IMG/VR virus record: IMGVR_UViG_3300042319_001830
Span: 32,001-96,000 of that record
Length of the DNA stretch: 64,000 nt
Strand: one strand, 5' to 3'
Source: a virus
The notes beneath the pieces were generated by a model. That model did no database searches. It saw nothing but the letters and a program-made list of their open reading frames with translations, and was not told where the DNA came from. Each line of letters opens with the position of its first letter. The stretch's first letter is position 1. A program made the position numbers and the translations under genes. This document shows, one piece after another, positions 57,604 to 64,000 of this stretch.

Positions 57604-58569
57604 TTATAAATATGATTTGACCGTTTCCAAAATAGCAATATCAAATTTAGTTGTGTTAAATTGAGGAAACTCCATCTTGAAATCACGATTGTCTATACCG
57701 TATCTACCATCGTGTCCTTTGCGATCCTCAACATATTTAAACCACTCCCAGTCTACTTCTATACCAGTTATAGTACTGTATACATCTTTAATCGTGTGTA
57801 TTAGATCATAGTTAGACAGTTCGTTATCAGAACCTATCAAATACTGATTTCCTATTTTACCATCTAATAGTACGCATATAATTGCATTAACGTGGTCCTT
57901 GACATAGATCCAATCTCTTACATTTGAACCGTTGCCATATAAAGGTATAAAATCTTTATTAATCAATTTCTGAATACATACAGGAATCATTTTCTCAGTG
58001 TATTGTCTGGATCCAAAATTGTTGCTGCAGTTAGTAATTATTGATGGAAAATTGTAAGTTTTGTTATAACTTCTAACCAATAAATCACTAGCAGCTTTAG
58101 TAGCAGCATATGGATTATTTGCTCGGTAAGGACTATCCGTTGTAAAAGATGATTCTTTGTGATTTAATGAACCATACACTTCATCCGTAGATATATGAAT
58201 AAATTTCTTTATATTTGTACCCTTGAATATTTCCAATAAATTAAAAGTTCCGATAATATTTGTTTCAATGAACTTTTTTGGGCCTTTAATAGAATTATCC
58301 ACGTGTGATTCAGCCGCAAAGTGAATTACATAATCTAAGTTTAACGAATCAATATATTTCTTTTGATCTGGAAAATAAGGTGCAGCGATGTCCAGTGATA
58401 GTCTACGATATCTAGGATCATTTTGAAAAGGGAGTTTTTTATTTGCTGCGTAAGTACCGCAATCAATGTTGTATATCATAACAACATCATCTCTTTTTAG
58501 AATTTCTTCTATAAAGTGACTTCCAATAAATCCACATCCACCTGTTACTAATATATTCATATGGTCCAA
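57604..58569 (-). CDS. rmlB: dTDP-glucose 4,6-dehydratase
   Basis: TGGCGFIGS, HFAAESHVD, STDEVYG, YAATK, CSNN, RDW, DRKGHD. Confidence 0.93.
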   Translation of the reverse strand: MDHMNILVTGGCGFIGSHFIEEILKRDDVVMIYNIDCGTYAANKKLPFQNDPRYRRLSLDIAAPYFPDQKKYIDSLNLDYVIHFAAESHVDNSIKGPKKFIETNIIGTFNLLEIFKGTNIKKFIHISTDEVYGSLNHKESSFTTDSPYRANNPYAATKAASDLLVRSYNKTYNFPSIITNCSNNFGSRQYTEKMIPVCIQKLINKDFIPLYGNGSNVRDWIYVKDHVNAIICVLLDGKIGNQYLIGSDNELSNYDLIHTIKDVYSTITGIEVDWEWFKYVEDRKGHDGRYGIDNRDFKMEFPQFNTTKFDIAILETVKSYL

Positions 58570-59423
58570 TTATTAATGCAATAATCAATTGCTTCATCTG
58601 CTGTTCTCATTTTAATTCCAGTTGATAACAATTTCTCATTGCTCATCACACAATTGGATCTGGGTGTTTTAGCTACATTCTTATAAAAGTCACCTTCTTC
58701 TATGAAGTTAAAAGTTTTATCTTTTGCAATTGTATTTTTAAACTTTTCTGTCATACTCTTAGTTGTGATATAACCGCCGTTAGTCACATTGTACGTGCCA
58801 TATGGAACCTGTTTAATAATAGTTTGAATACAAGCACTTACAAATTCTTGTTTGTTACTTACACTATTTTCAGCATCCAATAGTTTCTCATACTTTAATA
58901 TTTTACTTATATAATTTCTAGAATTATCAAACTCTTCAAATGGAATCCGCAGTCTCCAAATATAGTGCTTTTCCCACTTCTTCACCACTTGCTCACCTAT
59001 TACTTTAGTACCACTATAAAAACTACAGTTATTTTGCGCAAAACTAAAGTTTGGCGCATCTTCTTCAGTAAAAGGAGTACCATCAACACGTCTACCTTCA
59101 TATATACAACCACTTGAAACATGCGCTAATGGTATATCGTTTAACATACACCAATCAGTTAATATTTGCGGCCATACAATATTGCCGTGAATAGTGTCAT
59201 CCTTGTGTAATTCGCAGTTATCCACGTTGGGTTTACCAGTATATCCAGCAGCATTTATTACAGCGCCTATAAGCGGATAACCAGTTTCATCATACCATTT
59301 TTCTAAATCTGCAAAAGTAGTAGTTTTTGCATTTGGCCAAAGAAAAACAGGTAGCTTTAATTCAGCTAATTGCTTTTTAAATTCACTTCCTACATAACCA
59401 TTTGATCCGAATAATATAATCAT
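58557..59423 (-). CDS. RmlD-family reductase, NRS/ER (epimerase-reductase)-like
   Basis: NAAGYTGKPNVDNCE, SSGCIY, SFYSGTK, RLRIP, RSNC. Confidence 0.8.
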   Translation of the reverse strand: MIILFGSNGYVGSEFKKQLAELKLPVFLWPNAKTTTFADLEKWYDETGYPLIGAVINAAGYTGKPNVDNCELHKDDTIHGNIVWPQILTDWCMLNDIPLAHVSSGCIYEGRRVDGTPFTEEDAPNFSFAQNNCSFYSGTKVIGEQVVKKWEKHYIWRLRIPFEEFDNSRNYISKILKYEKLLDAENSVSNKQEFVSACIQTIIKQVPYGTYNVTNGGYITTKSMTEKFKNTIAKDKTFNFIEEGDFYKNVAKTPRSNCVMSNEKLLSTGIKMRTADEAIDYCINNWTI

Positions 59424-60262
59424 AATAATTTATTTAAATATTTTTTATACTCACTAGTTGGTAATTTTTCTATAAGCGCTTTAAGCTGCTCTTTGCTTAT
59501 ATACTTGCGCTTGAAGCACTCTTCTTCTATACATCCTATTTTAATTCCTTGTCTTGATTGAATAGTTTGTATATAAGCACCACTTTCAAATAATGTTTCA
59601 GCACTTCCAGCATCTAACCACGCAGTGCCTTTAGCAAATTTTACAGCGGTAAGCTGCTTCTTGTCAAGATATATTAAGTTCAAATCAGTTATTTCAATTT
59701 CACCTCGACTGGAAGGTTTAAGCGATTTAGCATACTGAACTACCTTTTTATCATAAAAATATAAGCCTGGTACCGCATAATTACTTTTAGGCTCAGCAGG
59801 CTTTTCTTCTATGCTTATTACACGGTCTTCATTATCAAATTCAATAACTCCATAAGCTTTAGGATCATTAACTTCATAACCAAAAATAACCGCTCCTTCA
59901 AGTAAAGGCTTGACTCTGGGCATTCCGTGGAATATATTGTCTCCTAGTATAAGAGCAACATTATCATCATCAATAAAGTCTTCGGCTATAATAAAACTTT
60001 CAGCTATGCCTCTGGGCTTATATTGTACTTTATAAGTAATTTTAACACCTAACTGACTGCCGTCTTCAAATAACTTTTCATAAGAAGGTAAATGTTCAGG
60101 AGAAGAAATAATGCAGAAATCTTTGATGCCACACGATAATAATGTGCAAAATGGATAATAAATCATTGGCTTGTCATATACAGGCAATAATTGTTTATTT
60201 ATCGTACTGGTTAATGGATATAATCTACTGCCAGTACCCCCCGCTAAAATAATTCCCTTCAT
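59420..60262 (-). CDS. rmlA: glucose-1-phosphate thymidylyltransferase
   Basis: GIILAGGTGSRLYP, KQLLPVYDKPMIYYP, LILGDN, EKP, RGEIEITD, WLDAG. Confidence 0.95.
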   Translation of the reverse strand: MKGIILAGGTGSRLYPLTSTINKQLLPVYDKPMIYYPFCTLLSCGIKDFCIISSPEHLPSYEKLFEDGSQLGVKITYKVQYKPRGIAESFIIAEDFIDDDNVALILGDNIFHGMPRVKPLLEGAVIFGYEVNDPKAYGVIEFDNEDRVISIEEKPAEPKSNYAVPGLYFYDKKVVQYAKSLKPSSRGEIEITDLNLIYLDKKQLTAVKFAKGTAWLDAGSAETLFESGAYIQTIQSRQGIKIGCIEEECFKRKYISKEQLKALIEKLPTSEYKKYLNKLL

Positions 60263-60303
60263 CCCTTATATCTATTTTTTATATTTTGAAATAATTTTTT
60301 ATA

Positions 60304-60332
60304 TTGACAAAATCCATAGTTTGGTGTAGACT
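60304..60332 (+). promoter_or_regulatory. sigma70-like promoter, 8 nt before ATG 60341
   Basis: TTGACA-17 nt-TAGACT. Confidence 0.7.
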
Positions 60333-60340
60333 TTTATTAT

Positions 60341-60574
60341 ATGGAAGTAGAACTAACAATTAAAGATAAAGCGACCCCCCCCGCCATTATTCAACACGAT
60401 GATCTTAAGTTTGATGGTAAAACAATTACCATTCCAGGTTATTATGTTAATACCATCTTAGACTATATTAAATATTGGAAACTTGATGGTGAAAAACAAG
60501 TAGACGTTGAAGATTACGTTTTATTTCGTAATTTTCTTTATGATATTCAAGAACACAAAAATCAAGGAAACTAA
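60341..60574 (+). CDS. hypothetical protein
   Basis: 77-aa ORF after promoter. Confidence 0.65.
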   Translation: MEVELTIKDKATPPAIIQHDDLKFDGKTITIPGYYVNTILDYIKYWKLDGEKQVDVEDYVLFRNFLYDIQEHKNQGN

Positions 60575-60577
60575 TTT

Positions 60578-61162
60578 ATGGGAATGTTCGATGACATAGT
60601 ATGTAAGTATCCACTTCCGTTTCCGGAAGATACTAAGGGATATATTCCTAATGGATTTCAAACCAAAGATTTAGATTGCGGATTGGATTCTTATGAAATC
60701 CGTGAAGATGGCACACTATGGTTGCGTGAATGCGAACGAGAACACATTGAAGGTGATCCAAATGGTAAAACGTTTTCTGAAAAGTTTGGTATTATAAAAG
60801 AAATCAAACATTGGTGGACTCATGTAAAAACAACCAGAACCATTCGTATGTATGATTATCAAAATAATGATGGCGGTGTATATGACTATTGGGTTGAATT
60901 TGAAGTTGTATTTATTGACGGAGTTATTGACAAGATTAAATTAATTAAGTTTGAAATAAACGATAACACCAAAAGAAAAGAACTCCATAAACAACATATG
61001 GAAGAACTCAAAAAACAAAAAGCGGTTGAATCTGCTATGTTTTATAAATTAATCATCAAACCATATAATAAAATTATTAGATTTATCTGTAGATTGATAT
61101 ATAAATTTGGTTCCTTTTTGATTGCTAAAGTTTGGAAATTGGAACGTATACTAAGTATATGA
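60578..61162 (+). CDS. conserved phage hypothetical protein
   Basis: MGMFD…FQTKDLDC..Y.I..DG.L. Confidence 0.7.
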   Translation: MGMFDDIVCKYPLPFPEDTKGYIPNGFQTKDLDCGLDSYEIREDGTLWLRECEREHIEGDPNGKTFSEKFGIIKEIKHWWTHVKTTRTIRMYDYQNNDGGVYDYWVEFEVVFIDGVIDKIKLIKFEINDNTKRKELHKQHMEELKKQKAVESAMFYKLIIKPYNKIIRFICRLIYKFGSFLIAKVWKLERILSI

Positions 61163-61419
61163 AAGATCAAGATTCAATATTTCTAATTTGTGATTGTTTT
61201 GAACACGGACTTCTTGTAGAAAAATTCAAAGATGAAGAAGAAGTATCTTTGAGTTTATTTGAACGAGGACTCAATGGCAGAACACTATGTTGGTCAGAAA
61301 GACTAAGATGGTGTTGGCAAATTCTAAGATATGGCAAACCTTGGTCTGATTTTATCATCTTAAATACCGAAAACCAAAAACAATTAAAGGATTTTCTAAA
61401 TGAAGTTCAAAAACTTTGA
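61159..61419 (+). CDS. hypothetical protein
   Basis: ATGA-coupled start MKDQDS; ICDC..H. Confidence 0.6.
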   Translation: MKDQDSIFLICDCFEHGLLVEKFKDEEEVSLSLFERGLNGRTLCWSERLRWCWQILRYGKPWSDFIILNTENQKQLKDFLNEVQKL

Positions 61420-61669
61420 AGGTATTGAATATACAGTCAATTATAACAAACCGTCGGGTAAATATAATGCTTCTGGTTTGTGTGATAACCCAGATATTAA
61501 AAATCCCGAAATACTTGTAGATCCAACATTATTAACACGTAGACAACTTAATGTATTGATTGAAGAAGTATTTCATGCACACTTATATGATTTACCAGAA
61601 AAGAAAGCACGTAAATTTGCAGCTAATTTAGGCAAATTAATTTACAATAGATTTTTGAAAAATGAATAA
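61400..61669 (+). CDS. minimal zincin-like protein
   Basis: GLCD…IEEVFHA (EExxH variant). Confidence 0.55.
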   Translation: MKFKNFEGIEYTVNYNKPSGKYNASGLCDNPDIKNPEILVDPTLLTRRQLNVLIEEVFHAHLYDLPEKKARKFAANLGKLIYNRFLKNE

Positions 61670-61820
61670 AGTTATAGACTTGACAGTTGGATTAGTATTT
61701 GGTAGTATATTTGCAATAGTCCTATTGATAGTACTCACAATATTCTTTGTGATATTGGTACCATTTGTATTTTACTTTACAGTAAAAGAAGTATTAAAAG
61801 CTCTAACAAAAACTAAATAA
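61662..61820 (+). CDS. 52-aa membrane microprotein (not in ORF track)
   Basis: MNKVIDLTVGLVFGSIFAIVLLIVLTIFFVILVPFVFYFTVKEVLKALTKTK. Confidence 0.6.
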   Translation: MNKVIDLTVGLVFGSIFAIVLLIVLTIFFVILVPFVFYFTVKEVLKALTKTK

Positions 61821-61824
61821 ACAT

Positions 61825-62343
61825 ATGAAACATACACCAAATATAGTAAGTAAAAATATTATTATTACTTACGCACAGAAAATTCGAAGTGTTCAATCAG
61901 AACAAATTGACCCATATATTGAGTTAATTGAACAAGAATTAATTAAAATCTACCCAGAACTAAAAGATCGTGAAGATAATGCATTGAACTGGGCATATGA
62001 CATTATCAATGAAACATCCAATAACGATGTAGTAGAAACACTAAATAGATTGGATGGTATTGTTACTAATGAACGAAAATCACAATGGATATGTGATCAT
62101 TGTGGTAAAAATACGTATAATGATGACTGTGAGTATCTATTTGGCAAAAATCATATTGGATGCGTGCTATCAGAAGATATTAAGAATAGGGAACATTCAG
62201 ATCCAGACTATATTTTAGATTCAAACCTCAGAAAGTTCACTGAACTTGAATCCGAACTACGACATACTAAACGACAACTTGTTAATCTGGAGCTAAAACT
62301 TGAACGTCTACGAGGAGATTATCCTCACGAACCAACTAACTAA
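61825..62343 (+). CDS. hypothetical protein (CxxC, coiled coil)
   Basis: CDHC…HIGC; C-terminal heptads. Confidence 0.6.
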   Translation: MKHTPNIVSKNIIITYAQKIRSVQSEQIDPYIELIEQELIKIYPELKDREDNALNWAYDIINETSNNDVVETLNRLDGIVTNERKSQWICDHCGKNTYNDDCEYLFGKNHIGCVLSEDIKNREHSDPDYILDSNLRKFTELESELRHTKRQLVNLELKLERLRGDYPHEPTN

Positions 62344-62349
62344 AATCTC

Positions 62350-62376
62350 AAGCGTACCGAGTGGTACGCTTTTTTT
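62350..62376 (+). terminator. intrinsic terminator
   Basis: AGCGTACC-GAGT-GGTACGCT + T-run. Confidence 0.85.
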
Positions 62377-62377
62377 A

Positions 62378-62406
62378 TTGACATCCACCAAATCGTCGTA
62401 TATACT
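62378..62406 (+). promoter_or_regulatory. sigma70-like promoter, 8 nt before ATG 62415
   Basis: TTGACA-17 nt-TATACT. Confidence 0.8.
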
Positions 62407-62414
62407 TTTTATAT

Positions 62415-62666
62415 ATGATTAAATGTGGATGTGGCAATGAAATTCATTCTGAACGATATGAACTTGGTTACAAAATTTGTTTGACATGTGGTGACAAATC
62501 CGCTAAACGTAGTCAAAAGTTTGGATATTTACATTTTGGACACAAAACTGCGGGTAGCATTGTGATCACTACAAAGAAAGCATTTGATAACTATACCAAA
62601 GTATCATATCGTAAAGGAAAAGCCAGTAATATGGCATATGCCAGTCGTTTGAGTACTTCGTTTTAA
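62415..62666 (+). CDS. zinc-finger protein (DksA/TraR-like Cys spacing)
   Basis: CxC..I...R..LG..ICLTC. Confidence 0.6.
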   Translation: MIKCGCGNEIHSERYELGYKICLTCGDKSAKRSQKFGYLHFGHKTAGSIVITTKKAFDNYTKVSYRKGKASNMAYASRLSTSF

Positions 62667-62678
62667 TATTTATACTAT

Positions 62679-62930
62679 ATGACGGCATCATTTTATAAGA
62701 CAGTATATCAACGTAAATTCAATGAAATGCCACGTTGGAAACAGTTGGCAATTGTAGAGGATAGTACCCGCAATAATTGGAGCGGTCTACTTACAGATTT
62801 TGTTAAAGCTGTAATTGAAGAAGCTGAAAAAGAGTACGCTAACTCCAAATCAACAGTTTCAAACCCCCCAAATAAATACGTGTCCGAGACTGATAATAAG
62901 GTCAAAAAGACAATCAAGAAAAAGAGTTGA
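62679..62930 (+). CDS. hypothetical protein
   Basis: 83-aa ORF. Confidence 0.6.
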   Translation: MTASFYKTVYQRKFNEMPRWKQLAIVEDSTRNNWSGLLTDFVKAVIEEAEKEYANSKSTVSNPPNKYVSETDNKVKKTIKKKS

Positions 62931-62955
62931 CTTATTATAAAGTTCGTGGTATAGT
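62927..62955 (+). promoter_or_regulatory. sigma70-like promoter, 9 nt before ATG 62965
   Basis: TTGACT-17 nt-TATAGT with TG extension. Confidence 0.7.
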
Positions 62956-62964
62956 AATCTTACT

Positions 62965-63507
62965 ATGAACGTTTTGGATCACTTAAAGAACAGTTCCGTG
63001 GACGATATTAAGTCCTACTGTAAAAACAATTGTATTGATGCTAGCGTTGCTATGATGCACGTTAATGGCGATTTTAATCTATCCACTTTAGTCCGTAATG
63101 CCAACTTCTTTGGCTTCAAGGAAGCAATGTATGTAGGCGGAAGCAAACAGTGGGATCGTCGTGGTACTGTTGGTACACATCATTATACCGATTTAAATCA
63201 TCTTAAGACTGAAGAAGAATTCGTACAGTATGTAAATGATAATGGTTATACACTACTCGCTGTAGAAAACAATATTCCCAAGTATAGTGATAAAACTGTT
63301 TCCATATTTAATCACTGGGTATTCAGTGGTGTAGATAAGCCAATGTTTGTATTTGGCGAAGAAAAGAGCGGATTGAGTGATTACATTCTTGACAATGCTG
63401 AAACTGTCATCACTATTCCAGCATATGGTAGTGTACGATCACTTAACGTGGGTACCACTAGCGGAATTGTAATGGGATTTTATCGCAACTATATTGATAA
63501 CAATTAA
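62965..63507 (+). CDS. SpoU/TrmH-family RNA 2'-O-methyltransferase
   Basis: NLSTLVRNA, VFGEEKSGL, IPAYGSVRSLNV. Confidence 0.88.
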   Translation: MNVLDHLKNSSVDDIKSYCKNNCIDASVAMMHVNGDFNLSTLVRNANFFGFKEAMYVGGSKQWDRRGTVGTHHYTDLNHLKTEEEFVQYVNDNGYTLLAVENNIPKYSDKTVSIFNHWVFSGVDKPMFVFGEEKSGLSDYILDNAETVITIPAYGSVRSLNVGTTSGIVMGFYRNYIDNN

Positions 63508-63513
63508 AATTAT

Positions 63514-63723
63514 ATGAGTACAAAATACATTATGGATGGTAAAAATATCCGAATTGGATATGTTAAGGATAGTGGTAGCGTAATTTATGCACACGGCCCC
63601 AATGGTGAGAACGTAGGTTCTTACAACAAAAACAACGATACTACGTTTGATCGCAACGGCAAGCGTTATGGTTTTGGCGATTTGACCAATGCTCTCGTTT
63701 TTGAGGCTGCTCGAAAGAATTAA
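63514..63723 (+). CDS. hypothetical protein
   Basis: Repeated beta-hairpin units (D/NGxxxG). Confidence 0.6.
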   Translation: MSTKYIMDGKNIRIGYVKDSGSVIYAHGPNGENVGSYNKNNDTTFDRNGKRYGFGDLTNALVFEAARKN

Positions 63724-63733
63724 AAAAAGAACG

Positions 63734-63762
63734 TTGACATTTTTCAAAAGCCGTGGTAAGAT
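63734..63762 (+). promoter_or_regulatory. sigma70-like promoter
   Basis: TTGACA-17 nt-TAAGAT with TG extension. Confidence 0.75.
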
Positions 63763-63801
63763 AAGTTTGTAGTCGGTAAACATTAACAAAAAACAAAAAA
63801 T

Positions 63802-64000
63802 ATGAACAAGAACAAGACAGGCCGTAAGGCAACCGTAGTAAACGAAATCACTGATCGCAATTTCACTATTGTTGATCTGGTTAATATCAACTCAACTGTG
63901 AAGGCGCCAACAATTCGGATGCACGTTAAGCGAAGTGTATCCGCTGGACGATACAAGATCAGTGGGTCGCAAAAGACTGGTAAGCGAGGTAAGCCAAGTC
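63802..64000 (+). CDS. winged-helix-like basic protein, 3'-truncated by window edge (not in ORF track)
   Basis: MNKNKTGRKATVVNEITDRNFTIVDLVNINSTVKAPTIRMHVKRSVSAGRYKISGSQKTGKRGKPS; similar to 1725..2096. Confidence 0.7.
   Translation, partial: MNKNKTGRKATVVNEITDRNFTIVDLVNINSTVKAPTIRMHVKRSVSAGRYKISGSQKTGKRGKPS

Noticed and set aside
61680-61708. TTGACA-17-TAGTAT promoter-like match
   Set aside because: Lies within a small membrane-protein ORF and not near a start codon; cannot be separated from chance
1-64000. Stop-codon reassignment
   Set aside because: Core genes are full length under code 11; TAA, TAG and TGA all terminate genes; the GT4 split is out of frame, not an in-frame stop
1-64000. 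Bacterial O-antigen locus or NCLDV origin
   Set aside because: T4-like replisome genes, phage-type virion modules, sigma70 promoters and coupled operons; no ribosomal/housekeeping genes and no NCLDV hallmark genes seen
1-64000. tRNA or structured ncRNA genes
   Set aside because: Intergenic gaps are short and AT-rich; no cloverleaf or T-loop signature seen by eye (tRNAscan/Infernal not run)

Overview
This is an AT-rich, gene-dense 64-kb segment of a large dsDNA (jumbo-type, T4-like replisome) bacteriophage using the standard genetic code. No tRNA, rRNA, CRISPR array, intein or integrase was seen. Core genes are family-B DNA polymerase, sliding clamp, both clamp-loader subunits, a SNF2-type helicase, a Cas4/AddB-like Fe-S nuclease, dUTPase, dNMP kinase, UvsE, HNH/GIY-YIG nucleases, a ClpP-like protease, IscU, a ferritin-like protein, a SpoU methyltransferase and a stand-alone DruA/DUF4338 homolog. 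About 40% of the window encodes glycan biosynthesis: a ~19-kb minus-strand run headed by a ribbon-helix-helix gene with a 15-bp perfect inverted repeat, a ~7-kb plus-strand island, gmd and an rml cassette. Together these hold about 12-15 glycosyltransferase-like and 7 methyltransferase-like genes but no recognisable flippase, polymerase or priming transferase, which suggests a cytoplasmic glycosylation system acting on virion proteins or DNA. Other notable points: two promoter classes (sigma70-like and a TAKTTATW motif), both placed so that mRNAs would be nearly leaderless; a T4-style hairpin that hides a start codon; modular proteins delimited by (L/I/M)xE motifs; a split GT4 gene; an internally deleted FkbM remnant; paralogous winged-helix proteins; and an uncalled EF-hand membrane microprotein. 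Family names come from motif recognition by eye, not from database searches.
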